From positions 105,368 to 169,367 of the forward strand of contig DATION010000002.1 of assembly GCA_035473115.1 (NCBI GenBank): DNA of 64,000 bases, given 5' to 3'. A program made the translations under genes and the position numbers. This stretch comes from Candidatus Udaeobacter sp. GTDB taxonomy: Bacteria > Patescibacteriota > Patescibacteriia > Magasanikbacterales > GWA2-37-8. Below are positions 18,709 to 27,332 of the stretch, piece after piece (position 1 is the first letter of the stretch; every line of letters starts with the position of its first letter). The notes under the pieces were generated by a model that saw nothing but the letters and a program-made list of their open reading frames with translations, searched no databases and had not been told where the DNA came from.

Positions 18709-19740
18709 TTAGTCTATATATTTTTTAAGAATATTTTGGTTTGCTTTTGATTGAATAACTTTTTTGTTCAAAGGCAATAGATCCATTTTTAAAGCTTCTT
18801 TATAAGTAAACCAGCCGTGTCCAGAGGTTTCCGCGTCAGCAGTTTTAAATTTACCTGATTTTATTTTGCAGATAGACATCAGCAGATGAACTTGGTAATT
18901 TTCTTTATCGTCCACCACAGTAGTAGTAAACACTTCCGGAAGCTGTTCTATTTTTTTTATATTATAACAGGTTTCTTCTTTGACTTCTCTAAGTAAAGTT
19001 TGGTCAAAACTCTCTCCATTCTCTACTCCCCCACCCGGAAACTCCCATTTATTATTAAATTCCGTCCGCAAGTCACGGCGTTTGGTCATCAACATTTTTC
19101 TGTCTTTAATAATAATTCCCGCCATACATATTACCTGCCGAAGAGAGTACTGGTTCATTAAAAAATATTTAAGCTGGTTGACCATCTTTCCTCTCTGGCT
19201 AACCATATTTTTTTCCAAGATAGGCATTTCTATATAAAGTTTTTTTAGAGGCGGATAATAAAAAACTGAAGCATAACCCATGTCATCTTTAATTTTTGGA
19301 CTCATCTCTTTGGCTATAAAACCGTCAGTTCGGCCGGTAAAGATAGAAAAATCATCAGTTTGAGGATTATACACACAGCCGGCAGTTTCAAAATAAGCGC
19401 TGCGTTTTTTATCAGGTACATTTTTTAATTGCTCCAAAAGTTTTTCATTTCTTTCTTTGGCGGTAGCGCCAAAGCGCTTGGCTTTTACTCCCGGAGCGCC
19501 ATTTAAATATTCCACAAAAAGGCCGGTATCTTCGGCAATGGTAAGCAGGTTGCTTTTTTTAGCAAAAAATTTAGCTTTTTCTAAAGCGTTTTGCCAAGTA
19601 GTGTCATGCGGTTCTTCAGCTTCAAACTTATCCAATCCAACATCTTTTAAATTAACAAAATTAAACTGTAAATCAGCCAGTTCTGTTTTTATTTCGATAA
19701 ATTTTTCCGAATTAGTTGTGGCAATCAGGATTTTCCTCAT
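18709..19740 (-). CDS. RdgB/HAM1 non-canonical purine NTP pyrophosphatase fused to a MutT-like Nudix hydrolase
   Basis: ATTNSEK, NALEKA and EDTGL...LNGAPGV, then the Nudix box WEFPGGGVENGE...REVKEET. Confidence 0.85.
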   Translation of the reverse strand: MRKILIATTNSEKFIEIKTELADLQFNFVNLKDVGLDKFEAEEPHDTTWQNALEKAKFFAKKSNLLTIAEDTGLFVEYLNGAPGVKAKRFGATAKERNEKLLEQLKNVPDKKRSAYFETAGCVYNPQTDDFSIFTGRTDGFIAKEMSPKIKDDMGYASVFYYPPLKKLYIEMPILEKNMVSQRGKMVNQLKYFLMNQYSLRQVICMAGIIIKDRKMLMTKRRDLRTEFNNKWEFPGGGVENGESFDQTLLREVKEETCYNIKKIEQLPEVFTTTVVDDKENYQVHLLMSICKIKSGKFKTADAETSGHGWFTYKEALKMDLLPLNKKVIQSKANQNILKKYID

Positions 19741-20153
19741 AGAGAATGATTTTTATCCCACTCGGCTCTTAATTTGGAACTTTTATAAATATCCGGTTTG
19801 TAAGATTCCAAACGAACAATTTTTGTTTTTTTATTAATATTTTTTTCTAAATCATCAACGAAAAAGTTTTGATCGTAACCAAGGGCAATTATATCTGGTT
19901 CTTCATCTATTACCACTTGATACTTATTGCCTAAATTTCCTAACCGGACTTTGTCGGCAATTTTTAACTTTTTTAAGTTCTTTAGACGAGTATCTTCATC
20001 AAATAAAGCTCGTTTGCCTTTTACTTTTTCCACTGTGGCATCTCTGGCCACGATTACCGTTAAGTGATCGCCTAGTTTTTTTGCTGCTTCAAGTGCATGG
20101 CTATGCCCAGGGTGTAAAATATCAAAGGTTCCAAAAGCCATTACTTTTTTCAT
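19737..20153 (-). CDS. Cytidylyltransferase-family protein (RibL-like FAD synthetase)
   Basis: FGTFDILHPGH, VARD, PDIIALGYDQ and KSSK motifs. Confidence 0.8.
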   Translation of the reverse strand: MKKVMAFGTFDILHPGHSHALEAAKKLGDHLTVIVARDATVEKVKGKRALFDEDTRLKNLKKLKIADKVRLGNLGNKYQVVIDEEPDIIALGYDQNFFVDDLEKNINKKTKIVRLESYKPDIYKSSKLRAEWDKNHSL

Positions 20154-20174
20154 AGGCAAGAAAAAACCATTTTA

Positions 20175-21638
20175 TTATTTATTTTCCGGTTTTAAAAGAG
20201 GAAAAAGTATGACTTCTTTTAAGTTATGAGCGTCAACCAGTAGTTTTACCAATCTATCTATGCCCATGCCTAAACCGGCTGTCGGCGGCATACCGTGTTT
20301 AAGAGCTGTAATATAGTCTTCATCATAAGGCATGCTTTCTTTGTCTCCCTCAGTTCCTAAACGTTCCTGTTCTTTAAATCTAGTTTCTTGATCTAACGGA
20401 TCATTTAATTCCGAAAAACCGTTGCATAATTCATTTCCGCCTACGCAAACCAACTGCATACGTTCAACATATTTTGGATTGTCTGCTTTTCTTTTTGCCA
20501 AAGGAGAAAGCTCAACCGGATGGTCAATCATAAAAACAGGATTGATAATATTCGGCCGAGCAAAAGTTTTGTATATTTCATCAACCATTTTTCCGTAGCC
20601 AGTTTTAGCGTCAATGCCTTCTATGTTTAATTTTTTAACTTTGGCGTATAAAGATTTTTGGTCTGGGAATTCTTCAATATCCATCTTGGCGTATTCTTTA
20701 ATTATTTCCCGCATAGTTTTGCGAGGGTAAGGCGGCGTAAAATCCACCTCTTGGTCTTGAACTTTGAATTTTAACGGTAAAGAAGCTGCGCGAATAACTT
20801 TTGGCAGCAGATCTTCTATCAAATTCATTAAATCGTTATAATCGGCATAAGCCCAATAAAATTCTATCTGGGTAAATTCCGGATTGTGATTATTGTCTAT
20901 GCCTTCGTTACGAAAACATTTGGCTACTTCATAGACCTTTTCAAAACCGCCCACAATCAGGCGTTTTAGGTACAATTCCGGAGCGATTCTAAGATAAAGC
21001 GGAATATCTAAAGCGTTATGATGAGTTTTAAATGGTTCAGCCGAAGCTCCACCGTATAAGCTTTGCAAAACCGGAGTTTCAACTTCAAAAAAACCTTTAT
21101 CATCAAAGTATTTTCTTATCTCTCGAACCATAACACTGCGAGTTTTGGCAATATGCACGGAACTCTCATTGGCAATCAGATCCAGGTATCTTTGTCTATA
21201 CCTGGTTTCTGTATCAGCTAATCCGTGAAACTTTTCCGGTAAAGGCAAAAGAGATTTAGACAAAATTGTGAATTTTTTTACCAAAATACTTAATTCCCCT
21301 TTGTGAGTTGTAAAAATCTCGCCGCTAACATGGAGAAAATCACCCAGATCAAAATATTTTGTAAATAGTTTATACTGCTCTTTACCCAATTCTTTTTCAG
21401 AAAAAACAACTTGCATTCTGCCGCTTTCATCTTTTAGATGAGAAAAAGATATTTTCCCCATCTCTCTTTTTGAGATTAAGCGACCAACTGCTTTTACTTC
21501 CGACTTTTCCGGCTTGGCCAAAGCTTCTTTAATGGAGATTTTTTCTTCGGTGTGGCTCGGATAAGTTTCTATGCCTAAAGAGAGCAGATGATTTAAGCGC
21601 TCTAACCTCATTATATCTTCTCTGATTTCGTTTGTCAT
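20175..21638 (-). CDS. lysS: Lysine--tRNA ligase (class II)
   Basis: RYRQRYLDL, LRIAPELYLKRL, FRNEG and GMPPTAGLGMGIDRL. Confidence 0.97.
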   Translation of the reverse strand: MTNEIREDIMRLERLNHLLSLGIETYPSHTEEKISIKEALAKPEKSEVKAVGRLISKREMGKISFSHLKDESGRMQVVFSEKELGKEQYKLFTKYFDLGDFLHVSGEIFTTHKGELSILVKKFTILSKSLLPLPEKFHGLADTETRYRQRYLDLIANESSVHIAKTRSVMVREIRKYFDDKGFFEVETPVLQSLYGGASAEPFKTHHNALDIPLYLRIAPELYLKRLIVGGFEKVYEVAKCFRNEGIDNNHNPEFTQIEFYWAYADYNDLMNLIEDLLPKVIRAASLPLKFKVQDQEVDFTPPYPRKTMREIIKEYAKMDIEEFPDQKSLYAKVKKLNIEGIDAKTGYGKMVDEIYKTFARPNIINPVFMIDHPVELSPLAKRKADNPKYVERMQLVCVGGNELCNGFSELNDPLDQETRFKEQERLGTEGDKESMPYDEDYITALKHGMPPTAGLGMGIDRLVKLLVDAHNLKEVILFPLLKPENK

Positions 21639-21657
21639 AATAAAAACAAGATTTGTT

Positions 21658-22128
21658 TTATTTAATTTCTAAAACTTCATAAATCTGTGTTCCAGCCGGT
21701 GTTTTGACAGAAATTTTATCGCCAATTTTATGTCCTAAGAAGGCTTCGCCGAGCGGAGATTCATTAGAAATTTTTCCTTGCAAAGGATCGGCTTCACGCG
21801 GACCAACAATAGTATATAGCTTTGTTTTGGCATTATTTTTAACTGTAATACTATTACCTACCGCGACTACTCCTTGAGTTTTTTTTGAAGATTCTACAAC
21901 TTTAGCGTGATCCAAAAGATATTGCAATTCTTGCAAACGCCCTTGTGCCCAAGCCATCTCTTCTTTGGCTTGCTGATACTCGGCATTTTCCGATAGATCG
22001 CCTTGCTGTTTGGCTTCATCAATAAGATTAGCTATGTCGGGTATTTTTCTATCTTTTAATTCTTCAAATTCTTTTTTTAAATCAGCCAAACCTTGCGGGG
22101 TTAAATATTGAACTTCTTCGTCGGTCAT
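21658..22128 (-). CDS. greA: Transcription elongation factor GreA
   Basis: GDLSENAEY and ISNESPLG motifs. Confidence 0.95.
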   Translation of the reverse strand: MTDEEVQYLTPQGLADLKKEFEELKDRKIPDIANLIDEAKQQGDLSENAEYQQAKEEMAWAQGRLQELQYLLDHAKVVESSKKTQGVVAVGNSITVKNNAKTKLYTIVGPREADPLQGKISNESPLGEAFLGHKIGDKISVKTPAGTQIYEVLEIK

Positions 22129-22195
22129 ATTTGTAGTTTAATTTATCAGGTAATTATAAAGGAAAGTATATCATAAAAAAAGCAGAAGTCAAAGC

Positions 22196-24163
22196 TTAAT
22201 TTGCGTATTTTTTACCCCACCAAGTCAGAAAATCACGAGCTACCGGTTCGGCCACCACACTTCCCTCAACCCCCTCCTCTACCAGCACCGTGACCACTAT
22301 TTTAGGTGATTCAAATGGAGCAAAAGATGTAAACCAAGCATGATTATCTTTGGTTGCGTTCCATTGAGCAGTTCCGGTTTTGCCGCCGCTGGCAAAAGGT
22401 AAACTTTTCATCATTTGGCAGCTGCCATAAGTTACGCAGTCCTTCATACCTTGGCGAACTATTGCTAAATTTTCAGCTGAGACCGGAACGGTACGCTTAT
22501 TAAAATTTAAAGGAATTTCATTGTGGGTTTTTGGTTCTTCCAGGTTATTTGCCAGATGAGGCTGCACTACAGTGCCACCATTGGCCACAATAGCAGTCCA
22601 AAGAGCTACCTGAAGCGGTGTTACCAGTAAATCTCCTTGGCCAATAGAAAGATTGTAAGTATCGCCAACAAACCAGGTTTCTCCTTTAGTTTTATATTTC
22701 CATTCCTTGCTGGGCGCAAATCCGGTAGCTTCTCCGGTTAAATCAACTCCAGTTTTTTGAGCAATGCCAAAATATTGCATATATTTTACAATGCGGTCGA
22801 TGCCCAAACCAATGAAATTTTCATAGCCACCACCAACATAATAGAAAAAAGTATTTACTGACCAAGCTAAGGCTTTGCCAACATTGGTAATACCATGGCC
22901 GCCAACTTTCCAGTCTTTAAAAAAACGATCGCCAACCTGCAAACCGCCGGTACTTAAAAAAGCCGTGCTGGCATTAATTATTTTTTCTTGCAAAGCTGCC
23001 GCTGAAATAATTAATTTAACGGTAGATCCGGAAGGATAGGTTCCGCCGATAGCTCTGTTAAACAACGGGTTATCCGGATTATTTGAATAATTATTATAAT
23101 TTTGCTGAGAAATTCCGCCGGAAAATTCATTGTTATCAAAAGCCGGCAAGCTTACCATAGCCAAGATAGCCCCATCGCGCGGATCCATAGCAATAGCGGC
23201 CGCTCTTTTTTTATGAGTTCTAAGTAGCATGCTACTTAATAAATTTTCTAACTTTTGTTGAGCTTCCAGATCTATAGTTAAAATTAAATTTTTTCCCGGC
23301 TGAGGCGGATCTTCTGCCAAAACTGTCTGTTCATGGCCTGAAGCATTTACTTCTATTTTTTTTATGCCGTATTTTCCCCGCAGTTCTTCTTCATAAGTTT
23401 TTTCCAGACCCGTTTTTCCAATATTATCAAAAAGCAGATAATCTTTAGATTTTAGTTTTTCGGCTTCTTCGTCGTTTAATTTTCCTAAATAACCAAGCAG
23501 ATGGGAAACGCTCAAAGTTGGATTAGCTGGGTCGTTGCCGGTAATATATTTTCGCTTACTACCCTTTTCTATGGAAATTCCCGGCAGCTGAGAGCTTTGA
23601 ATATATAATTTTAAAGCTGATTGATAATCGAGGTTTTCTTTAATAACCAAAGAAGCATAGCTGTAGGAACTATATTTTTTTAAAAGATCGGTAATTTTTT
23701 CTTTGGACACGCCGCTTAAATCAACGACTTTATTGATAATTTCTTCGCGTTTCTGTAAATCACGAGGCAAGTCTTGAGGAATAATTGTCAAAGAAAAATT
23801 AGGCACATTTTCGACTAATTCTGTGTGGAACTTATCAAAAATAATGCCTCTTTCCGAAAATATCGGCTGCAGGCGAATTCTATTGCCTTCGGCTAGATCT
23901 CGGTAATAACCGCCCCGAAAAATTTGCAAAAAACAGCTTCTGCCAAAAATAATTGCTAGTCCAATTATAGCAATAACACTCATTGCAAAGATTTTATTCT
24001 TAGCGATGCTCGTGCCTAAATAATTTTTGGTATGCGCCAAAGGAACTTGTTTCCCAGTTTTGTCTTCAAAATTAAAAGATTCTTCTATCCAGTCACGGCT
24101 ATACTTGCCTTTTAAACCTCCATAAGGGCTTTTCTCATCTATGATGTTAAATAAATTAGCCAT
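22196..24163 (-). CDS. mrdA: Penicillin-binding protein 2
   Basis: PSGSTVK (SxxK), SVN and KTGT motifs; directly downstream of mreBCD. Confidence 0.92.
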   Translation of the reverse strand: MANLFNIIDEKSPYGGLKGKYSRDWIEESFNFEDKTGKQVPLAHTKNYLGTSIAKNKIFAMSVIAIIGLAIIFGRSCFLQIFRGGYYRDLAEGNRIRLQPIFSERGIIFDKFHTELVENVPNFSLTIIPQDLPRDLQKREEIINKVVDLSGVSKEKITDLLKKYSSYSYASLVIKENLDYQSALKLYIQSSQLPGISIEKGSKRKYITGNDPANPTLSVSHLLGYLGKLNDEEAEKLKSKDYLLFDNIGKTGLEKTYEEELRGKYGIKKIEVNASGHEQTVLAEDPPQPGKNLILTIDLEAQQKLENLLSSMLLRTHKKRAAAIAMDPRDGAILAMVSLPAFDNNEFSGGISQQNYNNYSNNPDNPLFNRAIGGTYPSGSTVKLIISAAALQEKIINASTAFLSTGGLQVGDRFFKDWKVGGHGITNVGKALAWSVNTFFYYVGGGYENFIGLGIDRIVKYMQYFGIAQKTGVDLTGEATGFAPSKEWKYKTKGETWFVGDTYNLSIGQGDLLVTPLQVALWTAIVANGGTVVQPHLANNLEEPKTHNEIPLNFNKRTVPVSAENLAIVRQGMKDCVTYGSCQMMKSLPFASGGKTGTAQWNATKDNHAWFTSFAPFESPKIVVTVLVEEGVEGSVVAEPVARDFLTWWGKKYAN

Positions 24164-24698
24164 AGATGATTTCTGTTTTTATTCGTCTAATTCTTAAACT
24201 TCTAAAAAGTTTTGTAATAATAAAGTAAAATAAGAATAAAACTAAAGACGAGAGCAGTACTTCCCAAGCCAAATCTTTAGCAATTTCTTGGTATGACAGA
24301 GATTCGTGATGCAGGAAATAATTGCTTACAGTTAAAAATATCACAAATAGAAATCGGTAAAGAGCTGTTCCTAGCGCCAAAGAAAGAAAAACCATATATT
24401 CTGATCGGTTGGTAATAATATTGACTTGAAACCAGCTAATTATGAGCAGCGCCCCAATAGTTGCCGCTATATTAATTCCAAACGGAATAGCATTGAACAG
24501 TTCGGAAAAATAAGAGACCGCTAAGCTGAGCCAGATGATTTTCTGAGTTTGATTGATTGTAAAAAATAATAAAAGCGAAGAGAAAGCGATGTTTAGATGA
24601 TTGAAAGGAAATGGCAAAAAATTTATGACAAAAATATGTATTACCAAAATTGATAAAACAGAAATAAAAAATAAGAATGTTTTCCAGAGCAGCTTCAT
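24156..24698 (-). CDS. mreD: MreD-like membrane protein
   Basis: Polytopic membrane protein located between mreC and mrdA (synteny-based call). Confidence 0.65.
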   Translation of the reverse strand: MKLLWKTFLFFISVLSILVIHIFVINFLPFPFNHLNIAFSSLLLFFTINQTQKIIWLSLAVSYFSELFNAIPFGINIAATIGALLIISWFQVNIITNRSEYMVFLSLALGTALYRFLFVIFLTVSNYFLHHESLSYQEIAKDLAWEVLLSSLVLFLFYFIITKLFRSLRIRRIKTEIIYG

Positions 24699-24704
24699 AG
24701 CTTA

Positions 24705-25505
24705 TTAACTTGGAATTAAAACGCTAACAATTATGAGTTTGGATAAATCGGTGGCTGTTGTTAAAACCGCCTGCTGAAACGGCTGGTAGGCTTCATTTTC
24801 CGCAATTGCCACTTCACCAATCAGCAATCCGCGCGGAATGTTTTCTTCTAAACCGGAAGTGATAATTTGATCGCCGACAAGCACAGTTTCGTTTCTAGGT
24901 ATAAAGTTCATGCGCACGCTTAGGCCATAACCGCCTTCAACTACCCCCAAACTACCGTCTTTATTTAAAATGGTTGCTCCAACTTTGCTTTGATTGTCAT
25001 TTATCAAGCGAACCATGGAAATATTTTTTTCTACTTTGGCAATGGTGCCAATCAAAATGCCGTCACTAACTATGACCGGCTGGCCAAATTTTATACCTTC
25101 CGCTTCGCCCACGTTTATGATTACCATTTTCTCTACGCTGTCGGCGCTTTGTCCGACCACATCGGCGGTTACATTAGTAAAATTATGCCGATGAAAAAAT
25201 TGCAGCTGTTTTCTTAATTCAATATTCTCTTTTTCCAGATCTTTTAATTTTGCTTCACCTATTTCGGAAGTTTTATTTTTTTCCAAACAGCTATTATAGT
25301 CGTTAGCCATCGCTTTTTGATTGGAAAAATAACTATAAAAATCTTGCGAAGCTATCCGCCAGTGATTGATTTTGGTAGAAATAGGAATAGTTAGAGCGAA
25401 AACGCCGCGTTCTATCGGGTTGAGCCAGCCTAAATAATGAACAAAAATAAATAATAAAAATATAAACCCTAAAAACAGATAATTTTTAGTTTTGAAATGA
25501 AGCAT
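24705..25505 (-). CDS. mreC: Rod shape-determining protein MreC
   Basis: TM helix, coiled coil (LEKENIELRKQL), and GDQIITSGL...PRGLLIG. Confidence 0.9.
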   Translation of the reverse strand: MLHFKTKNYLFLGFIFLLFIFVHYLGWLNPIERGVFALTIPISTKINHWRIASQDFYSYFSNQKAMANDYNSCLEKNKTSEIGEAKLKDLEKENIELRKQLQFFHRHNFTNVTADVVGQSADSVEKMVIINVGEAEGIKFGQPVIVSDGILIGTIAKVEKNISMVRLINDNQSKVGATILNKDGSLGVVEGGYGLSVRMNFIPRNETVLVGDQIITSGLEENIPRGLLIGEVAIAENEAYQPFQQAVLTTATDLSKLIIVSVLIPS

Positions 25506-25535
25506 AATTTTTTGCTTACTTAATAGCTAGAAAAT

Positions 25536-26573
25536 TTATATCTTATTTTTGGTAGCTATTTCATTTAACAATTCGTCATCATCCAGAAGCAGACCCGTTC
25601 CTCGAACTACGGAAGTTAGCGGATCATCGGCAATACGAACCGGAATTTCTATAGCTCGGCTGATTAACTGATCAAAACCGCGCAGCAAGGCTCCACCGCC
25701 CGATAGAACTATTCCCCGTTCGTGAATATCAGCCACTAATTCCGGCGGAGTAATTTCTAGAACACCTTTAATGTTTTCGATTATGGTCCGCAGTGATTTG
25801 GTGAGCGCTTCTCTAACCTGAGTATCATCGATCATTATTTCTTTTGGCAAACCAGTAACCAAATCTCGGCCGCGCATCGGGAAATGCATTGATTCGTTAA
25901 GTTCAATAGCCGAACCAATTTTTATTTTGATTTCTTCAGCCTGTTTTTCTCCCAAAAGAAGATTAAATTTATCGCGAGCGTATTGGATAATACTGCGATT
26001 TAATTCGTCTCCAGCCACTGGAATTGAACGCCAAACAACAATGCCGCTCAAAGAAATAACTGCGATTTCAGTAGTTCCGCCGCCAACTTCAACTATAAAA
26101 TTGCCGACCGGTTCGCGGATAGGCATACGAGCACCAATAGCCGCAGCCATCGGTTCTTGCACCACAATCACTTCTCTAGCACCGGCATTTATCACTGCAT
26201 CATGAATCGCTTTTAATTCAACTTCGGTAATTTCCATTGGCGCTCCCACCACCACTCTGGGGCGGGTCATAAAATTCATGCTGTCTTCATAAACTTTATC
26301 AATAAAATGTTTAAGCATTTTTTCGGTTACTTCAAAATCAGAAATAATTCCGCTTATCAGCGGACGAGTGGTAAGAATATGAGGCGGAGTTTTGCCAAGC
26401 ATTTCTTTGGCTTCGTTGCCAACGGCCAAAATTTGTTCAGTTTTGGTGTTTACGGCCACCACGCTTGGTTCGTTGATAATTATTCCCCTGCCCTTAACAT
26501 AGACCAGCGTGTTGGCAGTGCCAAGGTCGATACCAATATCTTTTCTTAATTTTTCTAAAAATTTTTCAAACAT
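25536..26573 (-). CDS. mreB: Rod shape-determining protein MreB
   Basis: IGIDLGTANT, EPMAAAIGA, GGGTTE and GGGALL motifs. Likely start is MFEKFL at 26573. Confidence 0.95.
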   Translation of the reverse strand: MFEKFLEKLRKDIGIDLGTANTLVYVKGRGIIINEPSVVAVNTKTEQILAVGNEAKEMLGKTPPHILTTRPLISGIISDFEVTEKMLKHFIDKVYEDSMNFMTRPRVVVGAPMEITEVELKAIHDAVINAGAREVIVVQEPMAAAIGARMPIREPVGNFIVEVGGGTTEIAVISLSGIVVWRSIPVAGDELNRSIIQYARDKFNLLLGEKQAEEIKIKIGSAIELNESMHFPMRGRDLVTGLPKEIMIDDTQVREALTKSLRTIIENIKGVLEITPPELVADIHERGIVLSGGGALLRGFDQLISRAIEIPVRIADDPLTSVVRGTGLLLDDDELLNEIATKNKI

Positions 26574-26574
26574 G

Positions 26575-26976
26575 TTATTTGGTAAAATCTCGGTTATTAT
26601 ATTTCCTGTTGGTAAAAATAATTCCTTCGATGGCGACAAATAAAAGGATTAACAAAATTCCATTCCACCAGGCCAGCAGTTTCATCTGTAATAAAATTAA
26701 GCCAGAAATAATTGCACCTGCTGCCAGCATTCCCTGTCTAAAGGTGCTTTTAACATGATGAAAAACAATCTGATCGCTCTTTAGGATAATTTTTTTTATC
26801 AGAAATCCTATAACAGAAAAAGTTCCCGCTAGCGCCAAAAATAAGCTGGTATAAAAAAATATAAAACCAAAAAATCCGGACTGCTGCGGATCGATATTTC
26901 CCAAAACAAATAACCAGGCCAACCAGCAGATTAGGGCTCCGATTGACATTAAAATAAGGTATAACCGTAAAGTCAT
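26575..26976 (-). CDS. Hypothetical 4-TM membrane protein
   Basis: Four hydrophobic segments; tightly coupled to mreB. Confidence 0.7.
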   Translation of the reverse strand: MTLRLYLILMSIGALICWLAWLFVLGNIDPQQSGFFGFIFFYTSLFLALAGTFSVIGFLIKKIILKSDQIVFHHVKSTFRQGMLAAGAIISGLILLQMKLLAWWNGILLILLFVAIEGIIFTNRKYNNRDFTK

Positions 26977-27024
26977 AGTCAGTTTATTTTAGTCTTATTT
27001 TAGAGGTTTGGCAAGAGAACCTTT

Positions 27025-27318
27025 TTAGGCTAAATATCTGATTTTTTCAACAGTTTGAGCGCCTAATTTGGTGTTTAGAACAGAGAGAAAATTTTTTTCA
27101 TTTAAACGTATTTCTTGAGCCATTACTGAACTTAAACATGTGATGCTAATAGTACGGTCTTTAAAATAAATGGCCTGAGCAAACTTTTTGGATTCTAAAC
27201 CAAAAATTTCTTGCAATGTTTCATTAGCTTTTTCAACAATAACTGAAGCTTCCAGCTGTTTCCAACCTGTAGTTTGCTTCATCTGTTTTTTTAAAATTTC
27301 TCCCAATGATTTCATCAT
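27025..27318 (-). CDS. DciA/DUF721-like protein
   Basis: MKSLGEIL...ITCLSSVMAQEIRL...LNTKLG...VEKIRY pattern. Confidence 0.65.
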   Translation of the reverse strand: MMKSLGEILKKQMKQTTGWKQLEASVIVEKANETLQEIFGLESKKFAQAIYFKDRTISITCLSSVMAQEIRLNEKNFLSVLNTKLGAQTVEKIRYLA

Positions 27319-27332
27319 AAAATATAATAAAA

